A DNA stretch of 64,000 nucleotides, taken from Candidatus Caccovicinus sp. (lineage in GTDB: Bacteria > Bacillota > Clostridia > Lachnospirales > Lachnospiraceae). The position numbers and the translations under genes were made by a program. The DNA lies in NCBI GenBank assembly GCA_051878975.1, contig JBJELD010000018.1, positions 3,188 to 67,187 on the forward strand, read 5' to 3'. The notes under the pieces were generated by a model. The model was not told the DNA's origin, made no database searches, and was given only the letters and a program-made list of their open reading frames with translations. Shown here piece after piece: positions 19,584 through 28,740 of the stretch (positions are counted from its first letter, which is position 1; every line of letters starts with the position of its first letter).

Positions 19584-20323
19584 TGCTTGTCGCCTCCCTT
19601 GTAAAACATGCTGCAGGCATCCACGGCAGAGGTTGTCCCCATGATCTCCGGCAGAACTTCTTCTCTGGTACCCTGTTTGGTAATCTGACCGTCCGCAATC
19701 ACCACGATCTCATCTGCAATATTCAAAATCCGCTCCTGATGGGAAATGATCAGAATCGAACCTTTGGTCGTCTCCCGCATCCGCTCAAAGACCTGAATCA
19801 GATTCTGGAAGCTCCACAGGTCAATTCCGGCTTCCGGCTCGTCGAACACCGACAGTCTCGAATTACGTGCCAGAACGGTAGCGATCTCAATTCTCTTCAG
19901 CTCACCGCCGGAAAGGCTGGCATTGACCTCGCGGTTAATGTAATCCTTGGCACACAGGCCCACCTCCGACAAATACTGACAGGCATCGGCCGCAGACAGG
20001 TTCGCCTTCGCCGCCAGACGTAAAAGATCCAGCACCTGCACGCCTTTAAAGCGCACCGGCTGCTGAAACGCATAGCTGATTCCCATGTTGGCCCGGTCCG
20101 TGATGCTTCGGTCAGTAATATCCTCCCCATCAAAATAAATCCGGCCTCCGGTAGGCTTTTCAACACCGGAAATCAGTTTGGCAAGCGTCGATTTTCCGCC
20201 TCCGTTCGGTCCGGTGATCACAACAAATTTTCCTTCCCCAATGGTCAGGCTCAGGTTCTTGATAATTCCCTTTTCACCCTTTGCGTCCGCCACGTCAAAG
20301 GATATATTCTCTAATGTAAGCAT
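19580..20323 (-). CDS. SufC-like ABC ATPase (SmsC-like)
   Basis: GPNGGGKST, AFQQPVRFKG, LSGGELKRIE, DEPEAGIDL; coupled to the SufB-like gene. Confidence 0.88.
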   Translation of the reverse strand: MLTLENISFDVADAKGEKGIIKNLSLTIGEGKFVVITGPNGGGKSTLAKLISGVEKPTGGRIYFDGEDITDRSITDRANMGISYAFQQPVRFKGVQVLDLLRLAAKANLSAADACQYLSEVGLCAKDYINREVNASLSGGELKRIEIATVLARNSRLSVFDEPEAGIDLWSFQNLIQVFERMRETTKGSILIISHQERILNIADEIVVIADGQITKQGTREEVLPEIMGTTSAVDACSMFYKGGDKQ

Positions 20324-20442
20324 GGTTTCCTCCTAAATTCATTCCTCCCGTTTCCGGGCATGTACCTGGATTATTATATACTATTTTGTCCTTGTTTACC
20401 ATATTTTTTGTGTTTTTTTCCTCATAACCCTTCTGTTCCTGA

Positions 20443-20471
20443 TTGACAAATACAGCAGACCGGCATATAAT
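20443..20471 (+). promoter_or_regulatory. Consensus SigA promoter for FMN riboswitch/ribU
   Basis: TTGACA-17bp-TATAAT. Confidence 0.85.
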
Positions 20472-20489
20472 GGTCTTGTAAAAGATACA

Positions 20490-20602
20490 GTTCTTCGGGG
20501 CAGGGTGAAACTCCCTACCGGCGGTACAGTCCGCGACCCGTGCAAGCACGGCTGATTCGGTGAAATTCCGAAACCGACAGTATAGTCTGGATGAGAGAAG
20601 AT
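20490..20602 (+). ncRNA. FMN riboswitch (RFN)
   Basis: CTTCGGGGCAGGGTGAAACTCCCTACCGGCGGT..AGTCCGCGA..GGTGAAATTCC..ACCGACAGTATAGTCTGGATGAGAGAAG consensus. Confidence 0.97.
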
Positions 20603-20652
20603 TGTTGTTTTGACCAGTTGGATGGATGAAACAAGTTCAAGCAGGAACGTCG

Positions 20653-20684
20653 CCCCCCGGATTTGGATCCGGGGGGTTCTTTTA
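20653..20684 (+). terminator. FMN riboswitch terminator
   Basis: CCCCCCGGAT..ATCCGGGGGG followed by TTCTTTT. Confidence 0.8.
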
Positions 20685-20785
20685 TCCCTGCATCCATTCC
20701 GTCATACAGCGATTCCTCAGGGAAGAACCAGTCTCTGCGTCTTTCCCGGCAAAAAAGACGGCAGAATAAACAGGAGGAATTTATT

Positions 20786-21406
20786 ATGGAACTTGCTGCA
20801 AAAAGAGAGAAAAAACTGTTGTCTACGAGAAATATGGTACTGATGGCTATGTTCGGCGCGCTTTCTTCCGTTCTGATGTACATTCAGTTTCCGGTCCCCT
20901 TCGCTCCGCCATTCTATCAGCTGGACTTCTGTGACGTCCCGGTGCTGATCGGCTCCTTTGCCATGGGACCTGCAGCCGGTGTCATCATTGCCGGCATCAA
21001 GATTCTGCTGAATCTGATTCTCCAGGGAACAAGCACCGGCGGGATCGGAGAACTGTCCAACTGGGTTCAGGCCTGTTCTCTGGCCATTCCGGCGGCTTTG
21101 ATTTACAAGCATCACAAAACAAAAAAATCCGCCATTCTCGGCATGGCGGTGGGCGTGATTGTCATGGTGACGGTAGGCTGCTTTTCCAATGCATACGTTA
21201 TGCTTCCTACCTATTCCAAGGTGCTTCACATCCCGCTGGATTCCCTGATTGCCATGGGAACCGCAGTCAATCCCCGGATCACCGGCTTAAGCGGCTTTAT
21301 TATGCTGGCTGTTGCACCGTTTAATCTGTTAAAGGGAGGTCTGGTTTCCCTGATAACCGCTTTGATCTATAAACGTGTCAGCATTATTATCAAAGGAAGA
21401 ATTTAA
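20786..21406 (+). CDS. ribU: ECF transporter S component, riboflavin
   Basis: LDFCDVPVLIG, GGIGELSN, APFNLLKG; lies under the FMN riboswitch; ATG after AGGAGG. Confidence 0.9.
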   Translation: MELAAKREKKLLSTRNMVLMAMFGALSSVLMYIQFPVPFAPPFYQLDFCDVPVLIGSFAMGPAAGVIIAGIKILLNLILQGTSTGGIGELSNWVQACSLAIPAALIYKHHKTKKSAILGMAVGVIVMVTVGCFSNAYVMLPTYSKVLHIPLDSLIAMGTAVNPRITGLSGFIMLAVAPFNLLKGGLVSLITALIYKRVSIIIKGRI

Positions 21407-21416
21407 CGGATTCCCG

Positions 21417-21458
21417 ACAGGGAAAGCGAAATCGGTTTTCGCTTTCCCTGTTTTTTTC
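21417..21458 (+). terminator. Intrinsic terminator after ribU
   Basis: ACAGGGAAAGCGAAA..TTTCGCTTTCCCTGT followed by T-run. Confidence 0.85.
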
Positions 21459-21586
21459 TTTCCCGGTCCCTTCTTTTTGCATTCTCCCGTTCTGCTGTGC
21501 AGCAAATAAACCAGCTAATCCCGCGACTAACTTGTGCCATTTCTGAATATGCTTTATAATAAAATGTACTGGAGGATTAAATCACA

Positions 21587-23482
21587 TTGAAAAATCAGAA
21601 AAACAAAACTCGCAAAGCATCCCCGTTTTCAAAACGGTTTCATAAACGAGCATCATCCCGGGCTGCAGCCCTTCTGGCCTCTGCTCTTCTGGCGGCTGCC
21701 GGCATCGGATGGACTTCCGGCTGCAGCCGCCAGGATTACGGAATCAGCCGGATTCCTGCTTCGGAACCAATCCGGCAGGAATCTTCCGATCCGGCTGTGC
21801 AGAACGTTTCCGATCAGACTGCCTTTGATCATCTGACGGATGAAATTTTCCGGGAAAATGCCGGGAATTCTCTGATTGATCTCCACTTTTCCATTGCAGA
21901 GCCGGAAAACTACGGGATCACGCAGGCAAAAAGTCTGTACGGAGAAATCAGCCTGGCTTCTGCAAGGGAAGATCTGGAACAGATGAAACAATACCAGACA
22001 CGGCTTCAGGAAATTTCCAGGCAGAAGTTATCAAAAGAAAGTCAGCTGGACTACGCTATTTTCGAACAGTATCTGGAAACCGAGCTTTCGCTGGAGGGGC
22101 TGGAAAGTTTTATCCAGCCCCTGGCACCCACCATTGGGATACAGGCTCAGCTCCCGGTTCTTCTGGCGGAATATGCCTTTTATGACCAGCAGGATGTGGA
22201 AGACTATTTTTCTCTCCTTGCCGGACTGGATGATTATTTCGGACAGATCCTGGAGCTGGAACAGGAAAAGGCCCGGCTTGGACAGTTTATGACCGACGGT
22301 GCCATTGACCGGGTTCTGGATTCCTGTCAGCCTTATCTGGAAAGCAAAAACAACTGTGTTCTGAATGCCACCTTTGAAGACCGGCTGAATCAGGTGCCGG
22401 GACTGACCGAAAATCAGAAATCCGAATACACAAAACGTCATGACGAGCTGATTGCCGATGCCTTTCTTCCCGCCTATCAGCATCTAACCGACGGGTTGGA
22501 AGCATTAAAAGGAAGCAGCACAGCGGAGGGCGGTCTGTGCAGCTTCCCTGATGGAAAAGATTACTACCGCTATCTTGTATTCTCTTCCACCCAGACCTCC
22601 TGCAAGAACATCCATAACCTGCAGAAAACCATTGAAAAGCGGCTGGATGAAGAGTTTGATGAGATCCGCCGGCTTTTAAAGGCCGAACCGGAGCTTTTAA
22701 AACGTTATGATGAGGCGGCTTTCACGCTGACGGATCCTCAGGAAATTCTGAATTATCTGCAGAAAGCTGCCGCACAGGATTTTCCGGAGCCGATCTGCAG
22801 AGACTACACGCTGCATTACGTTCCGGAGGCGCTGGAACCAGTGCTCAGTCCGGCTTTTTACCTGACGCCTCCCATGGACCGCCCCACCAGCAATACCATT
22901 TACATCAACCGGGGAAGCATTGCAGGAAGCGAAGATCAGCTGTTTTCCACCCTGGCACATGAAGGTTATCCGGGACACCTGTATCAGACCTCCTACTTTA
23001 TCCAGCAAAATCCGGCGCCCTTCCGTCATCTGCTCTCCTTCCCCGGATATTCCGAGGGCTGGGCCACCTATGTAGAATCTCTGTCCTATCAAATGGACAG
23101 CGGCCTGAACGGTTCTCTCGGCAGGCTGATGGCGCTCAATTCCACCGTCAATCTCGGAATTCATGCTTATATTGACATTATGGTCAATGACCAGGGCTGG
23201 AAGATTCCGGAGATCTCCCGGTACATCAGCCAGTATTTCGACGATCCGGATCAGGAATATGCAAAAAAGCTTTACGAAGCCATGATCGACAATCCGACCA
23301 ATTATCTGGAATATTATGTCGGATACCTGGAATTTTCTGATATGCGTCAAAAGACCGAGAAAACGCTGGGAAAAAAATTTGAGGCAAAAGAATTTCATCA
23401 GTTTCTTTTGGACATCGGACCTGCACCGTTTACCGTCATACGAGAAGAGCTGGAAAACTGGATAAATGAGAAAAAGAAATGA
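21587..23482 (+). CDS. DUF885-family lipoprotein, putative zinc metallopeptidase
   Basis: Lipobox TSGC; AFYLTPP, HEGYPGH, SEGWATY, FHQFLLDIGPAPF. Confidence 0.82.
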   Translation: MKNQKNKTRKASPFSKRFHKRASSRAAALLASALLAAAGIGWTSGCSRQDYGISRIPASEPIRQESSDPAVQNVSDQTAFDHLTDEIFRENAGNSLIDLHFSIAEPENYGITQAKSLYGEISLASAREDLEQMKQYQTRLQEISRQKLSKESQLDYAIFEQYLETELSLEGLESFIQPLAPTIGIQAQLPVLLAEYAFYDQQDVEDYFSLLAGLDDYFGQILELEQEKARLGQFMTDGAIDRVLDSCQPYLESKNNCVLNATFEDRLNQVPGLTENQKSEYTKRHDELIADAFLPAYQHLTDGLEALKGSSTAEGGLCSFPDGKDYYRYLVFSSTQTSCKNIHNLQKTIEKRLDEEFDEIRRLLKAEPELLKRYDEAAFTLTDPQEILNYLQKAAAQDFPEPICRDYTLHYVPEALEPVLSPAFYLTPPMDRPTSNTIYINRGSIAGSEDQLFSTLAHEGYPGHLYQTSYFIQQNPAPFRHLLSFPGYSEGWATYVESLSYQMDSGLNGSLGRLMALNSTVNLGIHAYIDIMVNDQGWKIPEISRYISQYFDDPDQEYAKKLYEAMIDNPTNYLEYYVGYLEFSDMRQKTEKTLGKKFEAKEFHQFLLDIGPAPFTVIREELENWINEKKK

Positions 23483-23583
23483 AATATACCTGTGGCATCT
23501 CAACACCCCTGTCCCTCAATCTTGAGGGGCAGGCAGCCGATTTTTTCTTACCATGAATATGACCCTTAGAATGCCCAGACTGC

Positions 23584-23624
23584 AAAAAGACCTTGTATCT
23601 GCCAATCACAGATACAAGGTCTTC
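23584..23624 (-). terminator. Terminator of tRNA-Leu copy 1
   Basis: AGACCTTGTATCTG..CAGATACAAGGTCT hairpin with A-run on the left. Confidence 0.75.
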
Positions 23625-23629
23625 TGACC

Positions 23630-23713
23630 TGCAGAAGATGGGAGTCGAACCCACAAGGTATTTCTACCACACGGACCTGAACCGTGCGCGTCTGCCAATT
23701 CCGCCACTTCTGC
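23630..23713 (-). tRNA. tRNA-Leu(CAG) copy 1
   Basis: GCAGAAG acceptor stem, anticodon arm CACGG-TTCAGGT-CCGTG, long variable arm, TTCGA T-loop; promoter TTGACA-17-TATAAT at 23778..23806. Confidence 0.96.
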
Positions 23714-23922
23714 ATCTTTTTGTTGCTGAACAAAATTCTTAATCGCTTAAGTTCTTTCGTTCCCTTCAACGTAGATGATTATATGATATTTTCTGCTGTT
23801 TGTCAATAGAATTTTTCAAATTTTTTCTATTATTTCCATTATACCTAAATTATGTGAAATTACGAAAGAACTTTCATCGAGAACGAAAAAAAACCGGCGG
23901 ATTCTCACCCACCGGTCTGTCC

Positions 23923-24006
23923 TGCAGAAGATGGGAGTCGAACCCACAAGGTATTTCTACCACACGGACCTGAACCGTGCGCGTCTGCCAATTCCGCCAC
24001 TTCTGC
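23923..24006 (-). tRNA. tRNA-Leu(CAG) copy 2
   Basis: Identical 84-nt sequence to copy 1; own TTGACA-17-TATAAT promoter at 24036..24064 and terminator near 23886..23916. Confidence 0.96.
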
Positions 24007-24290
24007 ATGTCTTACTTTCGTAAGCAACGTAGATTATTATAATCAATGATTCCGGTTTTGTCAACCGTTTTTTTCATTTTTTTATTTTTCTATATTTTTT
24101 CATCTCCTGCGGTCTCTCCGGCTCATACACGCAAGGAAGCCCCCGCCGCAAATACAGTCAGACCTCCCAGAAAAGCTGCTATTTTGAATTGAGATTTTTT
24201 TCACAAAAGAAAGACCAGAAAAGAAACTGAAATTTTTTTCATTTTTCTCTTGCAATCTTTGGAAACCTATGTTATACTACATATCGGTTT

Positions 24291-24374
24291 GCGGGGTTGC
24301 CGGAATTGGCAGACGGGCTAGACTAAGGATCTAGTGGTCGTATGACTGTGTGGGTTCAAGTCCCATACCCCGCA
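24291..24374 (+). tRNA. tRNA-Leu(AAG)
   Basis: GCGGGGT/ACCCCGC-A acceptor, anticodon arm CTAGA-CTAAGGA-TCTAG, long variable arm; promoter TTGCAA-17-TATACT at 24250..24278. Confidence 0.93.
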
Positions 24375-24386
24375 TCTTTTTATTTC

Positions 24387-24419
24387 AGGGAAAACCCAAA
24401 GATGGGTTTTCCCTTTTTT
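24387..24419 (+). terminator. Terminator of tRNA-Leu(AAG)
   Basis: AGGGAAAACCC..GGGTTTTCCCT followed by T-run. Confidence 0.8.
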
Positions 24420-24514
24420 ACATATTTTTATCGTTCATACAGTGTCGGCAGATTAAAGACAGCGTACCTGTTCACCGACACTGACATTTCAAAATTGAAG
24501 GGAGAATTCAGATC

Positions 24515-25648
24515 ATGGAAAAATCCAAAGTTTACTTTACTGACTTCCGCACGGTAGCATTCGGGGACGGACTGCCCACAAAATTAAAAAAGCTGATCCG
24601 CCGCGCCGGCATTGATCAGATTGATATGGACGGCAAGTTTGTTGCCATTAAGATGCATTTTGGAGAACTGGGAAATATCAGCTATCTGCGTCCGAATTAT
24701 GCAAAAGCGGTGGCAGATGTCGTAAAGGAACTGGGCGGAAAACCATTCTTAACGGACTGCAACACCATGTATCCAGGCAGCCGGAAAAATGCGCTGGAGC
24801 ATCTGGAATGTGCCTGGGAGAACGGCTTTACCCCTCTCACGGTGGGATGTCCGATCCTCATCGGAGACGGCCTGAAAGGAACGGACGACATTGCCGTCCC
24901 GGTCAATGGAGGCGAATATGTAAAGGAAGCAAAAATCGGACGTGCCATTATGGACGCGGACGTCTTTATCAGCCTGACACATTTCAAAGGTCATGAAATG
25001 ACCGGTTTCGGCGGCGCCATCAAGAATATCGGAATGGGCTGCGGCTCCAGAGCAGGAAAAACCGAGCAGCACAGCAACGGAAGACCTTATATTGAAGAAA
25101 ATTTATGCCGCGGCTGCAGACGCTGCCAGCGGGAGTGTGCAAACGACGGCCTTATATTCGATGACAACCGAAAGAAAATGACCGTCAACCAGGAAAACTG
25201 CGTTGGCTGCGGACGCTGCCTCGGCGCCTGCAATTTCGATGCGATCCAGTTCAATGACAACAATGCAAACGAAATCCTGAACTGCCGCATGGCAGAATAT
25301 ACGAAAGCCGTTGTGGACGGACGTCCAGGCTTCCACATTTCCCTGGTCGTGGATGTGTCCCCGAACTGTGACTGCCACGGTGAGAACGATGCACCGATTC
25401 TTCCGAATATCGGTATGTTTGCGTCCTTCGATCCTCTGGCTCTGGATCAGGCCTGTGTAGATGCCTGTCTGGCTGCCGCACCGCTTCCCCACAGTCAGCT
25501 TTCAGATCATCTGGCAGACCCGCATTTTGTGGACCATCATGATCACTTTACCAACTCCGCTCCGGAATCCGAATGGCGCAGCTGCCTGGACCACGCAGCT
25601 AAGATCGGCTTAGGAAACCGGGAATATGAATTAATTGTTATGAAATAG
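24515..25648 (+). CDS. DUF362 domain Fe-S protein with 2x[4Fe-4S] ferredoxin insert
   Basis: VAIKMHFGE, THFKGHE, GGAIKNIGMGC, CRGCRRCQREC / CVGCGRCLGAC, SPNCDC. Confidence 0.88.
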   Translation: MEKSKVYFTDFRTVAFGDGLPTKLKKLIRRAGIDQIDMDGKFVAIKMHFGELGNISYLRPNYAKAVADVVKELGGKPFLTDCNTMYPGSRKNALEHLECAWENGFTPLTVGCPILIGDGLKGTDDIAVPVNGGEYVKEAKIGRAIMDADVFISLTHFKGHEMTGFGGAIKNIGMGCGSRAGKTEQHSNGRPYIEENLCRGCRRCQRECANDGLIFDDNRKKMTVNQENCVGCGRCLGACNFDAIQFNDNNANEILNCRMAEYTKAVVDGRPGFHISLVVDVSPNCDCHGENDAPILPNIGMFASFDPLALDQACVDACLAAAPLPHSQLSDHLADPHFVDHHDHFTNSAPESEWRSCLDHAAKIGLGNREYELIVMK

Positions 25649-26480
25649 CTTTCATAACCAGCTTTTCCAACGCCCAGGCCACTCCGTCCTCGGCGTTGCT
25701 TTTTGTCTGATACCTGGCTGCCCGCTTCGCCTCCTGCATGGCGTTTCCCATTGCCACTGTGAGGCCAAGCGGAAGGCTCAGCATCGACACATCATTTCCG
25801 CTGTCTCCAATTGCCATAATTTCATCTGCACCGATATGAAGACGTTCTGCATACTCCATCAAAGCAATCCCTTTCTGAGCAGCTTCCTGTGTAATCTCCA
25901 TATTGGTTGCATGGGAAGAGGACAGCGCCAGGCCGCCCTCCTTCCGAAGAAGCTGCTTCACTTTTTTCAATACTTCCGGCGACCTGTGCATCAGAGAAAC
26001 CTTAAAAACCTCCGGCGAAACGCTCTCCAGATCCTCTCTCGTAAGAAATGCAAACCGTTTTTCAATCGACTCATAGTCCAGCTCTGCCATAGGAAGCAGG
26101 ATTCCCTGCTCAAAGCTTCGTCGAAACTGTTCTCTCGATACGGTTGTATAGCTTTGGCACTCTCCCATCAGATCTGTAGTCATCCCATATATTTCCGCCG
26201 CCGAAAGGATCCGTTCCAGCTTCTTTGGCAGAACCGGCTTTTTTCCGGTCAGCTGACCGGACGGCCCATAACAGGCCGCTCCGTTCATACAGATCAAGCT
26301 GCAGATGATTCCGGCAGCCTTCACCGGGAGAGAAGCATCATGAAAGCTCCTCCCGGTGCATACCACAACCTGGATTCCTTCTCTCTGAACCCGTTTCAGC
26401 GCTGCTGCATTCGCCTTCGACACGGTTCCGTCCGGTGACAGAAGCGTTCCGTCCATATCCACTGCAAGTAATCGAATCAT
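25638..26480 (-). CDS. Cof-type HAD-IIB phosphatase
   Basis: AVDMDGTLL, CTGR, QKG, IGDSGNDVSM, NAEDGVA; start moved to MIRLLAVD. Confidence 0.9.
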   Translation of the reverse strand: MIRLLAVDMDGTLLSPDGTVSKANAAALKRVQREGIQVVVCTGRSFHDASLPVKAAGIICSLICMNGAACYGPSGQLTGKKPVLPKKLERILSAAEIYGMTTDLMGECQSYTTVSREQFRRSFEQGILLPMAELDYESIEKRFAFLTREDLESVSPEVFKVSLMHRSPEVLKKVKQLLRKEGGLALSSSHATNMEITQEAAQKGIALMEYAERLHIGADEIMAIGDSGNDVSMLSLPLGLTVAMGNAMQEAKRAARYQTKSNAEDGVAWALEKLVMKAIS

Positions 26481-26493
26481 GCGTCTGTCCTTT

Positions 26494-27267
26494 CTATTCC
26501 GTCTGATCCACAATCTTCCGGCCGATATCCGGATAATTGGTGATGATGGCATCCACACCCTTTTTTATCAGATTCTTCATATCTTCTGCCCGGTTCACCG
26601 TCCAGACATGCACCTTCAGTCCCTTGCTGTGACTCTTTTCGATCAGCTTCGTATCCAGTACGTGATACAAAGCCGGATGAATGGCATCTACACCGAGCCG
26701 CTTTGCATAGGCAGGCACCCGCAGCCAGCCATCCGAATACAAAATCCCCGCCGGAGATTCCGGTGAAATGGCCTTCAGCTTCGACACACTTTTGTGATTG
26801 AATGACGAGTAAAGAACACGGCCGTCCAGTCCCATATCCGTGACCATGGTCAGCACCTTTTCCTCCATCATCGGATAAGGAATCACACTGTTTTTCAATT
26901 CGATGTTCAAGGTCAAATCGTTCGTTCTCAAAAACTCCAGCACCTCCATCAGAAGCGGAATCCGGGCGCCGGTATACTCCGGATGCAGTTTATTAAAACG
27001 AAGGCTGCGAAGCTCCTCCAGCGTAAAATCCCTTACATAGCCGCTTCCGCTGCTGGTCCGGTCGATCGTCTCATCATGAATCACAACCAGTTTTCCGTCT
27101 CTGGTCATCTGCACATCCAGCTCAATGCCGTCCGCTCCCTGGCTCTGCGCCAGCTCAAATGCCTCCATGGTGTTTTCCGGGGCATACGCGGAAGCCCCGC
27201 GATGTGCCCATACAAGTGTTTTCATATCGTCTGCTGCCCTTTCTTCCTGTCCGGAGCGATTATTCAT
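26494..27267 (-). CDS. ugpQ: Glycerophosphodiester phosphodiesterase
   Basis: AHRGAS..PENT, IELDVQMTRDG, IHDETIDRT, NIELK, WTVN, IITNYP. Confidence 0.9.
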   Translation of the reverse strand: MNNRSGQEERAADDMKTLVWAHRGASAYAPENTMEAFELAQSQGADGIELDVQMTRDGKLVVIHDETIDRTSSGSGYVRDFTLEELRSLRFNKLHPEYTGARIPLLMEVLEFLRTNDLTLNIELKNSVIPYPMMEEKVLTMVTDMGLDGRVLYSSFNHKSVSKLKAISPESPAGILYSDGWLRVPAYAKRLGVDAIHPALYHVLDTKLIEKSHSKGLKVHVWTVNRAEDMKNLIKKGVDAIITNYPDIGRKIVDQTE

Positions 27268-28696
27268 TTAAAAGATTATAATCCTCGATCGACTTATTAA
27301 TGCTGTCCGCCATCTTCTGCACGGCTTCTTCCGGTGTTTCCTTGCCGTTCAGCATATTTTCGATCTCCGTCTCCACTACCTGTCTTGCCTCCGGAAATAC
27401 GGAAAGCAGAGCGCCTGCAGACTCCGGATTGGAATCATGAAGCTGGTCGATCGCTGTCATGAACTGCGGATACTTCTCAATATTTTCCTTAAATACCGGC
27501 TCATCATGGGCGGCTGTCGTTACCGGGAAGTAACCGGTCTGTGCATTCCAGTAAGCCTGGCTTTCCGGAGATACCAGGAATTTTACGAATTCCCAGACTG
27601 CCGCTTCCTTATCCGGATTCTCGTTGTTCAGTGCCCACAGAGAAGCACCGCCAATGGATACGCCGCCCTTGTCCTCTGCACTTACCTTCGGGAAATACGC
27701 GGTACCCACTTCAAACTTTCCGTTTACGTCATTTAAAATCTGTTTCAGAGATGCCGTAGAGCCTAACGTGATCGCAGACTTTCCGGAACTGAAATCCGCA
27801 AGACCGGCATCGCCGCCCCGTCCGACATTCGGTGCACAGCCTGCGTCAGACAACGCTTTCCATGCAGTCAGCGTCCTGACACCTGCGCCGTTCTGATCGA
27901 AATCTACCGCGGTCGCAGCTGCCTCACGGCCATTTCCGTTATTCACATAATGCTGTCCCTGCTTGCAGGTAAACTGCTCAAAGAACCAGCCGTAAATTGC
28001 CAGAGAGATCACTTCACCTGCGCCGCCCTTTTCCAGAAGTGCATCACCTGCTTCGGCAATTGCAGGCAGACTGTCCGGCACCTCCGTAATTCCGGCTTTC
28101 TCAAACATATCCTTGTTGTAATAAAGAATCGGGGTAGAGGAATTAAACGGCATGGAATACAGGGTATCGCCTACTGTATAGTAAGCCGCAATGTTCGGCT
28201 CGAGCTGTCCGATGTCCCAGCCATCTGCATCAACCAGCTCCTGCATCGGAATCACCCAGCCGGAATCGATCATGAAACGGGTTCCGATATCGTAGATCTG
28301 AACCAGATCCGCTCCCATATTTCCGATCTGAGCGCTTCTTAATTTGTTGATCGCATCGTCATAGGAGCCCTGATACTGGGATTCCACCTGGATTCCCAGG
28401 GTATTTTCCTCATTAAATTTCTTTACCAGATAATCAATGGCCTCGCCGTTCACGCCGCCCATGGAATGCCAGAAGGTAATGGTCTGCCCTTCTGCATTTC
28501 CGCCTGCGGATGCGGCACCCTCGTCTTCTGCTTTTGCAGAATCTTCCGACGCAGCCGCTGCTGCGGTACCTGCTGCAGCAGTATTTTCCGCCGAAGAGGC
28601 TGCTGCACCGGAGGTTTCTGAGCTGCCTGCGCAGCCTGCCAGGGAGCCGGCTGCCATAGCTGCCGCCGTAATCATTGCAATTGCTTTTCTTTTCAT
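27260..28696 (-). CDS. ugpB: ABC substrate-binding lipoprotein, UgpB-like
   Basis: Lipobox LAGC, Ala-rich linker, FWHSMGG, MPFNSSTPILYYNK, IGGASLW. Confidence 0.82.
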   Translation of the reverse strand: MKRKAIAMITAAAMAAGSLAGCAGSSETSGAAASSAENTAAAGTAAAAASEDSAKAEDEGAASAGGNAEGQTITFWHSMGGVNGEAIDYLVKKFNEENTLGIQVESQYQGSYDDAINKLRSAQIGNMGADLVQIYDIGTRFMIDSGWVIPMQELVDADGWDIGQLEPNIAAYYTVGDTLYSMPFNSSTPILYYNKDMFEKAGITEVPDSLPAIAEAGDALLEKGGAGEVISLAIYGWFFEQFTCKQGQHYVNNGNGREAAATAVDFDQNGAGVRTLTAWKALSDAGCAPNVGRGGDAGLADFSSGKSAITLGSTASLKQILNDVNGKFEVGTAYFPKVSAEDKGGVSIGGASLWALNNENPDKEAAVWEFVKFLVSPESQAYWNAQTGYFPVTTAAHDEPVFKENIEKYPQFMTAIDQLHDSNPESAGALLSVFPEARQVVETEIENMLNGKETPEEAVQKMADSINKSIEDYNLLNE

Positions 28697-28740
28697 GATA
28701 GATTTTCTCCTTTTTCTTTTTTGTCGTTTTTTAAGATCTC

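Noticed and set aside
23630-24006. 84-bp direct repeat as attL/attR or CRISPR
   Set aside because: Both copies are complete tRNAs with their own promoters; no integrase, cargo, spacers or cas genes
28480-28680. GCA/GCT-rich low-complexity tract
   Set aside because: Encodes the ordinary Ala-rich linker of a lipoprotein
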